Positions 38,166 to 50,110 of a stretch of DNA of 64,000 nt are shown here, in pieces. The stretch comes from Octopus sinensis (Eukaryota): contig NW_021837035.1 of assembly GCF_006345805.1 (NCBI RefSeq), forward strand, positions 1-64,000, written 5' to 3'. Every line of letters begins with the position of its first letter. Within the stretch, counting starts at the first letter, position 1. The notes beneath the pieces were generated by a model, which was not told the DNA's origin, searched no databases, and saw only the letters and a program-made list of their open reading frames with translations. The translations under genes and the position numbers were made by a program.

Positions 38166-38939
38166 ACGATTTCAACTATAAAATCCAAAATTACCAACAA
38201 GCCCCGGCGCATGCTTGTCATGTTTATTTTTTGCATCACCACATATATCACTACCAGTACCATATATTTTACTATTTTTTAAATTATCATATTCGTAATC
38301 AACATCATTACTCTCAACATTATTATCAGCATTATTGTCATGTTTTCCATTCTGATAATCATAATCATTTTTCAGCATCACCACCACCATCGAGTTTTGC
38401 ATTCTGATAATCACAACTGTTTTCATCATATATAATAAATACATTGCAAGACATTTCATTTTTCAAATACTATTTAATTATGTATTGCCTATTTTTTCTT
38501 TCTTCAACTTTTATATCAAAAATCAGTTCTTGTTTTGTTTTTTTTTTTGTATAACTTGGGCATTTTCTCAAACTGTTATTTTTTCATTTATCTTTCTCTT
38601 ACCAAACAAAGGATTTTAAATATTAAAAAACAATATTCAGCGTTTTTAAACAAATCGGAACTTTAATCATAGGAGAAGACTTTGACAAACACCTGCTGCA
38701 AGTACACACCCACAGCGTAGAGACACGCAAACAAGATATATGTGAACATACACTTACATTCGCAAGCATACACATCATCAACCTTAGAAAAATAAGCACG
38801 AATATAGATACATAAACGTAGAAAATAAAACATGATGTTACTGAATAAACTTATCTTAAGTTTAATTTATCATTGTTTTTCTTAAATTTCTGTTCAAGAC
38901 ATATATTGTATTTCAATCTTCTCTCACTATCTCTTTCTT

Positions 38940-39002
<63 letters not shown>

Positions 39003-39491
39003 ATATATATATATATATACATACGTATGTCTATATATATATATATATTATATATATCTGTATGTATATATGTATGTATGTGTGCATAAATGTACGCATA
39101 TGCAGAGACTGGAGTGATGTACAGATTTTATATGTAAAGAACAAGGAGGTAGTCAGCGTTTTGGATAAGTTCTTTATTAGCACTTTCGTTTAGATGAATG
39201 AGAAAACAGACCAAATAGAAAAACGATCCAAAATACTGACTACCACCCTTTTTAATATATGCGTGTATTTATGTATATGTGTGTGCGAGTGTATACATAC
39301 ATACATGCATACATACATATATATATAATATATATATATATATATGTGTGTGTGTTTGTGTGTGTGTGTGTGTATACATACATACATACTTATATATACA
39401 CATATATATATATATAATATATATATATGTGTGTGTGTTTGTGTGTGTGTGTGTGTATACATACATACATATATATATATATACATACGTA

Positions 39492-39568
<77 letters not shown>

Positions 39569-40074
39569 ATAATCTATACAATCCGAATGAAATCGAGAGA
39601 ATTGTACTTTATTAATAAATTCAAACCTAAGCTTAATAAACAACGATAAAAAATAATCTTAGTTATGGCTTAAAAGTCTTATCATCAAATCTAAAACTGA
39701 AAAATTTCTATAAAGTACTGCTGTCATCATTTCTAAAAAAATAAACACTGAAAAATGGTATGGGATCATTTTTTTTAAATATTCGAGCAACTACTACTTC
39801 TATCCACAGGAATGTATATAAAGGACAAAATTTAACCAGTCAACCACTGTTGAAACCAATGAACACAACTGTCACCACAACCATATGAACCTGAAGATTG
39901 CATGAAAGCAAGAACGTATCCTTGTTCAATAAGAATGGACATTTAAAATATCATTTGTTCAATGAGAATAGATAATTAATACTTCCTTTTATTTCTTTTT
40001 ACTATATTATTTAAATAATTTAAATAATGTATATTATTTTATATCTTATATTGATATTATAAGAGTATATTTAA

Positions 40075-40218
40075 TTTATATAAAATGTTTTATGTATTTG
40101 ATTAAGTCTTTCTTTGTTTGATTTGTCTCTAATTAATATTATATTATATTTTACTATAAAATTGGATTCAATCCTAAATCTGATTTTTCCCTGTAAATTT
40201 GGATTTATTCCCTAATAT

Positions 40219-40230
<12 letters not shown>
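40075..40230 (-). repeat. Unclassified AT-rich dispersed repeat, copy 2 (inverse of 654-800)
   Basis: Reverse-complement match to 654-800, followed by (TTA)n(TA)n. Confidence 0.8.
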
Positions 40231-40285
<55 letters not shown>

Positions 40286-41167
40286 CACTTCTTTCGAGAT
40301 ATATGGGCTGTGACTGATGAAGTGCTCAGAATTAGTCCGAGACGAACGATTATTGAAGAGGTAAACTCAGAAACAGAGTTTAGGTCAATCAGGGAATTCC
40401 GAAACGGAAAGCACGTAAACGTAAAGCTTCAGAAATATTTTTTGAATACATATATATTAATCTATATTAATACATATCAATACAAATCTCTATATATAAA
40501 AACATAGCATAAATATATCAATAAAAATATAACTTAAAAGAACCTAAAAATATGCGAGTTATAAATATGGTGAGTGCAAAAGAAAGTAGAAATAGAGATT
40601 GAAAATAAAATGATAAACGACCTATACAAAAAGATACAACATATATAAATTATATAAGATAAAAAGCTAAGACAGTTCAGAGAGCAAATAACTACTTTAC
40701 TGGAACATTTCAAAAATTTATAACTAAGGATTAAGAATTCACGATTAAGTCCCGTTATTAGAGGAAATCCATTCGACAGCCGTTTCTAGAGTACATTTTC
40801 GGTTAGGCAAGAAGCGTGGTTTATCCGCAATTTACAACCGAAAGGCAGAAATATAGACGTCAATAAAGTCACGAAGGGTACTAGTTAACCCCTGTATTGC
40901 TTGAAATAAGAGTTAAAACAATTCATAGCTCCAAGAAAATACTTATCTTAAGACTAACAAGGGGAGCAAGCTACCTACAGCATCCAGACATAGACAGATC
41001 GCAAGTGATTTCGTAATTCCTTAATGCTCGTCTATTCTCAAAGCTCGTTTTCCAGCGTTCATTATCTTCACATCGTCTTGGCTTAACAACCCTCACTCTT
41101 TGTTTTTACTGTCTTAGTCTCACTGTCCTGTTTTGATACCAATTTCACCATCCGCAAAAAATCCCAA

Positions 41168-41400
41168 ATTTTATTTATTTGCTTTGCGGGAAGGACCGCT
41201 TTAACGAAGTCGCGTATTGTCCTTGCCTTCGGGACGCGGGGTAGATAAAACAGGGGACAAGTGATGAAGGGAATGTTCTTTATGTTCCATGTCTCGTTTC
41301 TCTGTTTCGTTTCGTTGTTCGAAAAAAGGGTCGTTTTCTGTTTTTGTTTATGTTTTCATTTCTCATTCTGTCTACTTTTTTAATGTCCTGTACCCATATA
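41168..41400 (+). repeat. Unclassified dispersed repeat; further copies at 41773-41895 (+) and ~48385-48555 (-)
   Basis: Shared core TTTGCTTTG(C/T)GGGAAGGAC..AACGAAGTCG..CCTTC..ACGCGG..AGATAAAACA..GGA(C/T)AA.T.ATGAA.GGAATGTTCTTTATGTT. The 48.4-kb copy is the reverse complement of the 3' part. Confidence 0.8.
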
Positions 41401-41587
41401 TGTATGTATATGTACATATATATGAAGTAGGTATGCACATATATGTATGTATATATGCATATATTTATATTTTATTTATATTATTATATGATCGAACGCT
41501 ACGCATCCTTTTCCAAGTAAGCTTTGTCTTATATATATATATATGTGTGTGTGCGCGTGTGTGTGTGTATGTATGTATGTGTGCATT

Positions 41588-41647
<60 letters not shown>

Positions 41648-41663
41648 GTATATATATACATAT

Positions 41664-41714
<51 letters not shown>

Positions 41715-41719
41715 CATAT

Positions 41720-41775
<56 letters not shown>

Positions 41776-41940
41776 TTTATTTAATTTGCTTTGTGGGAAG
41801 GACTGTTTGAACGAAGTCGTGTTTGGCCTTACCTTCGAAACGCGGAGGAGATAAAACAAGGGATAACTAATGAACGGAATGTTCTTTATGTTGCATGTGT
41901 GTGTGAGTATAAATTAAATAAAATTTCTAATTGATATACG

Positions 41941-41999
<59 letters not shown>

Positions 42000-42414
42000 C
42001 GGTGAGCTGCCGAACAGCGCAACTGGTCATAGAACAGTAATGGAAATATTATGAGATGGACACTTTCGGTGTGTCAGTTTGCAGTGTCTTCTTTACCCTC
42101 TGAGTGACTGAAGAGCAGATAATCACTCCGATATGCATGCATCATACATCTGGTTGGGTGGAACTGGGAGCTGACGCAGTGTATTTGCATCTACTTGTCT
42201 ACAAACGAAGATTTCTCCATGATACAATACAGTGAGTTGCTTTCACACGAGTTCGATTTTGTCTCAAGCATATTAGATAGAACTGGTAACAAGTTTGTAT
42301 TTATACACATCACTACTTCGCATTTTCACTCCGCTTATCTATCTATTCATCTATACCTACCTACATACATACATACATACTACATACATACATACATACA
42401 TACATAATACAAAC

Positions 42415-42491
<77 letters not shown>

Positions 42492-43826
42492 ATAGACACT
42501 CCCTTCGGTTTTGCCGTATGAGGGTCCGACAGCCTACACTCACTTTGTCAGCCACAATGCTTATGTTGAATGTGACATTTGAGTCCCTCCAATGATTTAC
42601 AAAGAAGCCCGCTGATGTTGCATGTACGAGGATTACGAGTGAGTGTAGGTGGCATATTTGCAACCGCTTTTATCCTTTACCTTGTATCCCTAAGCCTATT
42701 TTGCTGGTTGAATCATAGTCACTTATACGATTTTGGCGCAACGATCTCCATTTTGTATTTGTGGGGGGGGGGGGGACAAGTGTGTATGTTTGTGTGTGCA
42801 TTTTATCGAATAGGAGTTTCACTTAGCTCCATGCAACTTGAAGATTTATTTACGTGAACTGGAGACTGGGCTGCTATTATATAAGACAGGTCATATTGGG
42901 TTGTTGATATTGATACTGATATAGATGTGTCACCAGATAGAAATCCTAATCTATGTTTCTAGGTTCTCATAGTTGGACATGGCGCTTGGCAGTCTGGTTA
43001 ACGGAGTGAGAATTGCCAGCTACACCATTTGTTTGTCTAGATGTTTAAGTATACATGGTGCATGATTGTGTGAGGGTATGTATCTTGTGTGCATGTGTAT
43101 TTACTGTGTGCCTGTGCATGTGTAAACTTACAAAATCGCCTCGTTGGTAAATATGTGCATGTGTGCTCAACATTCGCAGCAGATGAATCTCCTATGTATT
43201 GAACTCGTCGCATCCACAAGAAGTTATCTGTGCAGATTAGTATCTACTGTGTGTATATATGTCTAAGCATGTGATTGTATGCGGGTATGTTTGCGTATAC
43301 GTGTGCGTTAGTATTTGTTGCGTGTAATATAAGTGTGCGTATGTGCTTGGCATGCATCCCTGCGTGTGTTTACGTATGAATATACTTGTCACGCATGTAT
43401 ATGTATGTCTCTGTATTTGTGTATATATGCAGGAGTGCGTTTATACATGAACGAGTGCATGCATGTTTACAATACAGTGTATGCGTATGCAAAACTTCGA
43501 TATTTGAGGACGCCTGGTGTGTGCATTGGTGTGTGCTCATATGTGACTGGTGTATGCGTATGCAAAACTTCGATATTTGAGGACGTCTGGTGTGTGCATT
43601 GGTGTGTGCGTATTCGTGCGTGTTTGTGTGTGTGTGTGTGTGTGTGTACTGGTGTGGTGGTGTATTCTGATTCGTGCCACACTTACAGGTCTATAGGAGG
43701 TTGGTGTCCGAATCCCATGGGCAACCTTTGACCTTTTTAATTCTACAAGTGTTTTTCAACCTAGTATTTACATGCCATTATTTATAGTTTTATCTGTGTG
43801 ATTGGAAATATTCCAAAACGAGAATG

Positions 43827-43861
<35 letters not shown>

Positions 43862-44370
43862 GTGTGTGCGCGCGCGTGCATATGCGTGTGTTGCAGCTGG
43901 TATTTTTTTTTTAAGCAAAATAATCGTAGTCTTCAATTACAACTGTGATTCCACTCAAACGACTTGCTAGTGCAATTATCAAATTTAAACTTGATTGTGG
44001 ACTCATATTTGTGAAGTGAAATAAATCATACTGGTTCAGAGTTCATTTCGAAAATAAAGTGTTTGTATTCATAGTGTTGACATAGAAATTGAGATCAGAT
44101 AAGAATTGAAGGCTGATAGTAATCTTGGAGAATACTTTTTTCTTTGTTCTTCTTTTGCCTAACAGGTATTGCATTACATGATTGTATCGGTAGAATTCTT
44201 ACAACAGTCTATCGATAATATATGCACACATATGCGCGCACACCCACGTACATTCACGCACGCAGTCATACATATACAAACAGAGAAAAACTGAGAGAGT
44301 AAGAGAGTAGTAGGTGAATAGTGTGATATATAATGTAGAGGGAGAGATAGCTTGAGAGACGTGTGGATTT

Positions 44371-44443
<73 letters not shown>

Positions 44444-46425
44444 AATGTAGGATGGATATAATCGTAGACAGGTCAGCGGACAGAGAAAGAAATAGAAAGA
44501 GAGCTGTACCGTAAGACATCTATCTATCCGTCTAACTTCTCCTTGAAGCATTTCAGCTTTCTTTATTTCTGAAATGCCATATAATTTAAATAGTCAATAA
44601 AGGAGAATAATAAAACTATTTCATTGGACAATTTGCTATAAGCCTTCTTCTTCAGATATAAATAACAATAATAATTTCTTTTATTGTCCAGAAGACCTCA
44701 ATATGTTGGCGTCAGTGCAAAGGTGAAATACAATAATATAAGCAACAAAGAAACAGTGGGGCTGATTTTCATTGTGTATAAAGGTGAAATCAGCAATGGC
44801 GTGAAAATCACATTAACAATTACAATAACAAAATAAATTAGAGTGCCCCCCCCCCAAAAAAAAAGTGATGACAACAATATGGAACAAATCGTATGTCATT
44901 AGACACGATTCTGGATTAAGTGTGACACGCGTTCTGCAATTGTCATCTTCAGTTCCGTCCACGATTTTGTCACAATCAGCACTTCTCTTAGATAAAATGG
45001 GTTGCAGTAAATCTCATTCTACTCTTATCTTCCTTTTCAAGTTTTATTTGAAGAATTTGATAAATAACTGATTTAAGTGGAAAAATCCACTCCTTAAACT
45101 TCTTAATTGTTCCTTCACGCAGCTTTCTTTACCGTATTAAAAGGCAGAGTAGTACTTTGCATTATGCTGTGCCAAAGGTAGTCAATAGTTGGATTTTTTT
45201 GGTAAATACAGCTGTACCTTTACGGTGCGATCAGATGTATATTTGTAATATAATAAACTGTATCTTCACAGTATATTCTGCATTTTTCAACTTTCCAGAT
45301 GTAATGTGTCTAACCTCAGTCTACAAATGACCTCAAACAGCTGCTATTTCTCAGCCACCAGCAACGGAAATCATCCATTAATTGAAGACTTCATACGAAT
45401 CTCATTTGATGCATCAGCGTTAGTGCGTGTTTGCACATCAACAACAATACGATCATAAAACCCCTTAGGAATTGACATTCGCAGCAGATGAATCTCCTAT
45501 GTATTGAACTCGTCGCATCCACAAGAAGTTAAATAAAGGCAACATAAACTGTAATCTGGTCAGATATTTCCTGTAACATAGCATGTTGGTTAGCAAAGTA
45601 ATCAATAACTGTAACAATAATAACTGCAATAGCAACGACTCCATTATCATTATCAGCAATTCGGAAATAGATATTACTATAAGAAAATACTATCACACAA
45701 TGGGAGGAAGACTCACAAGCGAATGCTGACATTCAGGGTTATAGCAAAGATAAGCGATGAGAAAGCATCATAAATACTAATAATGAAAAACATCAAGAGA
45801 TTCAACAAACAGTTACAGTAATTATAAAAGTGACAATACTAATAGCACTAATGATAAAAATACCTTTATGAGGAAAACACGGGTTTTCAAAGTAACGATA
45901 CAACTTAGTATTCACATTCATGATGAGAAAGATCAGCATTATCATCAACGTCGTCGTCGTTGTCATCGTCATCAAATTATTATCATCAAAATCGTCGTCG
46001 TTGCCGTCATCATCACTACCACCACCATTTAGGACTTTGTACTTTGTGTTGACGCTGTCATTCTTATGAATGATGATGGTGATGATGATGATGATGATGA
46101 TGTGGAGGAGGACTATGATGACCACGACGATAATGTCGGTGATGATGATTATGAAAATGACGATGATGACGATGATGATGGGAAAGATATAGAGAGGGTG
46201 TGGTACTAAATATATTGTGAAAATAGGAGTGTCATGAGATTGTAAATGGTAAATCTAAGTGTATAAGACGTAAAAATTATTCGTATTAAGAATATATCAA
46301 TCGATAAATTAAAACATTTTATTTTTTGCGTTTTCCTGACATTTTCACTTGTTCGTCTGTATCTCACACGTACACACATACAAACATACACACACTAAGA
46401 GAGAGAGAGAGTGAGAGAAAGAACG

Positions 46426-46484
<59 letters not shown>

Positions 46485-46485
46485 C

Positions 46486-46551
<66 letters not shown>

Positions 46552-47103
46552 ATATATACATACATGCATGCATGCATATACAAGTGTTTGCGTGTGTCTG
46601 TGTGTATGTCCATCTTTATGTAACCCAATTTTGATATGTACTTGATGCAAAAATAAAACAAAATTCTATTTTTATTCGTTATTCCCGTTTTAATCCTTGC
46701 TTCCGTTAAAAGTTTTATTCTTCAAACTATCTGATTTTCTGACGAGAGCCATACGCCCGAAATACCAAGGACACTTTTATTGCATTCACTATCATTCGCA
46801 TAATTATAATTCGCATGCATTTTGTTTCGTGGTGTCATTATTCTCGTCGTTAATTTGCAACCTGCGCACATATACATACAGAGAAACATTAACACAAGCA
46901 CACATTCTCACCCCCACCCACCCCACACACACACCAATGCACACATGAATACAAGTATATATAGATGTATATATACATAAATTTATATATATCTTTATAT
47001 ATATATATATATAATATATATATATATATATGTAAGTATATGTGTGTGTACATCTATATATGTATATATATATATAAGAAAATACATATATCTTCTTACA
47101 TTG

Positions 47104-47352
47104 TTTTACTTGTTTCAATCATTTGACTGGAGTCATGCTGGAGCACCGCCTAAAAAAGTTTTAGTCAAACAAATCTACACCAGGATTTATTCTTTGTAAG
47201 CTAGTACTTATTCTATCGGTCATTTTTGCCGAACCGCTAAGTTACGGGTACGTATATTCAATAACACTGGCTGTCAAGAGATGGTGGGAGGAAAACAAAA
47301 ACTTAAATCCATACGCACACACACACACTAACACACACACACATATATATAC

Positions 47353-47389
<37 letters not shown>

Positions 47390-47538
47390 CGGGATTCTTT
47401 CAGTTTCTGTCCACCATATCGGCTCATAAGACTTTAGTCGGACCGAGACTATAGTAGAAGGTATTTGCCCAAGGTGCCACGCAGTAGGAGTTAACCTGGA
47501 ACCATGCGGTTGGAAAGGAAGCTTAACACGCAGCTACA
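47104..47538 (-). mobile_element. tRNA-derived SINE, same family as 23616-24090
   Basis: TTTTACTTGTTTCAATCATTTGACTGGAGTCATGCTGGAGCACCGCC tail; internal microsatellite; head ending ...GCTTAACACGCAGCTACAC. Confidence 0.85.
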
Positions 47539-48204
47539 CATGTACCTCTATATATATAGATGTGTGTGTGTGCGTGTTTGCGTGTGTGAGTGTGTGTTTG
47601 AATGTGTGTGTGTATGTGCGATTGTCGGACACCCTGCAGGACGAAATATAAGACTTGTCAAAGGGCGGAAGAGTTCGTATGCAGTCAACGGCCATCCAAA
47701 AATATATGTACATATGTATGTATGCATGTATATATGCGCGGAGACGTACACCTACCTGGGTTGTTGTCCAGGCGCGCGCTTGGCTCACTGTGAGTGGGAG
47801 GCCCCTTTGTTATTGTCACGTGTTTTACGAGAAGGAAATTCTAAAAGAAAACCCGCGTCACTGACAAAATCCGCTGATGTAGACCAGTTCTTCTTTTCGA
47901 GTTTTTATTGTCCATGTTCAGAGAGTGAGATTGGATTTGTGCAAATCCTTTCCGCGTCGTAAAAAATCAGCATGCACAGGCATCCCTTGAAAAAATGTAA
48001 GAGCTTTCACAAAAATGGCTGGTCATAGCCTTAGCATACGTGTGATTTTCGATCAGGCGATGGCGATACTGGAACATGAGTTTGCAGCAACTACATATAT
48101 ATATATGTGTGTGTGTGTGTAATAGATTGTCTTAGAATGTTTAAGAAGACATCTCAACACTTCTAAAGCAAACTTCGTTTGTTTCTTTACTTTATATATA
48201 TATT

Positions 48205-48295
<91 letters not shown>

Positions 48296-48860
48296 ATAAT
48301 ATAAATAATATATAACTATATGTATGTATACAGACATATATGTACATACCTACATATATATGTATATATACATGCATATATGGGGACAGGACGTCAACAA
48401 AAACGTGAACAAAATGAGAAACGAGAACATAAACAACAAAAGCATAGAAAACGAACTCTTTTTCGAACAACGAAAGAAACAAATAGAGAAACGAGACAGG
48501 CAACATAAAGAACATTTCCTTCATCAGTTGTCCACTGTTTTATCTACTCCACGTTATATGTATATATGGTGGTTGTCTACTCCTTATGCAGAGTCTGACT
48601 ACCTCCTCTACGTACACCTTAGAACCATCATGGCATCTGTTGTGGCTTTTTAAACCAGACAATGTTTTCAAATAATATCATATTATTTTGCTCATAAACA
48701 TTCATCGTAAATTTAAACGAGATTGTAGGTAAATATTTTATTGTAAATTTCTTACTTAACCACTTACTGCTGCTGCCCTCTCTCTGTAGAGTACTTTCTT
48801 ATCTCTTGTTCAGATCCATCAGGACTAACATACTTTACTAAGGACACATACATACATACA

Positions 48861-48894
<34 letters not shown>

Positions 48895-50110
48895 CATACA
48901 TACATACATACATAGATACATACATACATACATACATACATACATGCATACATATATACATATATACGTACACACATACATACACGCATGCATGGGTGTG
49001 TGCATACGCAAGTGTGTGTAGAGAGAGACAAAGAGAGAGAGGGAAAGAGAGATGTGTATCATACTTTAAGCAGAAGCATCGAAAACAAAGCAAATTAACT
49101 GTGATATTCGTCGCGAGATAATACGTTTTATGGACGTATTTCTGTTTAGAAACACAAATATATCAATAACAGACGAACATCGTCCTGCAGCTTCAGTGGC
49201 AATACTTGATACCCTTTCCTGCCATGTTGGGCGCTGTCAGTAACATGTACTTACGGCTAGACACATGCTAACACAAAACCCACCGATGAATACTCGGCAT
49301 CTTTACAGACTAGATATTGTTGACATACTTATTATGGATATGACATATAATCTTCATATCCAAAAGTGGGGTTTACATAACCCATTAACCTTCAAAATTC
49401 CTCGCTGTTTGGACCAATGAACGGCTCTCTATGTTCTCCAGATTATGGCTCTGCTCCTGCCAAACTGGGATTACATCTGAAGTTACACGATTCCATATAT
49501 TGCCAGTTCGCTCCTATCGGATATCTTATAGGCAGCCTGTAGCCTTATTACCGGCTCGATGAATTCTGTGCGTCACGATAAGTTAAAGAAGAAACTAATT
49601 AAACACTTCTTAGTCTTTCAAACGTGGCACCTGCTCCAGCTTCATATCCCAGAGAAACTCAATGTTCGAAAGTCCCCTCAAGGGTGTAGATCTCATTCTA
49701 AATAAAGGTTGACAAAATTGCACTTGATTTTGAAAATGGAAATCAGCTTTATATTGCTACACAAAGGTTTCTTTTTTAGTTGGCGAAAAATAACTGATAA
49801 TTACTAGGTATGATTTGAGTGGTCGGTAATAGGTAAATATTTCACTGTCTTGCCTTCAACAGACATATTGAAAAGCTGTTTCATGCTTCTCTTAGTGTGC
49901 AATCAAATAAAAACGGCTAATGATTTAACAGAATATGAACAAGAGGCGTAACATAGAATAAAGTCTGTGCGTAGTCGAAAGAATTCATGTGACGAATTAC
50001 CGACGAGACTGAGCTGTCTTAAAAGATATACTAGCAGCATAGCTCGGCGTTGCCCGGGTATGTAAGAGCCCCTAGTAGGCAACGACTAATCCCAATCTAG
50101 TCCTTTCCTT

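Noticed and set aside
42532-42650. 12-bp inverted repeat CCTACACTCACT / AGTGAGTGTAGG about 95 bp apart
   Set aside because: Short, with no TSD or further structure; could be chance or a remnant of an unrecognised element.
44880-45460. Complex non-repetitive stretches here and at 59870-60600 and 61230-61750 that might be decayed hAT-like transposases or exons
   Set aside because: No diagnostic motif could be reconstructed in any frame; requires BLASTX or Dfam.
49380-49750. Possible degraded LINE endonuclease fragment
   Set aside because: Only vague motif echoes; no frame gives a convincing APE signature by eye.
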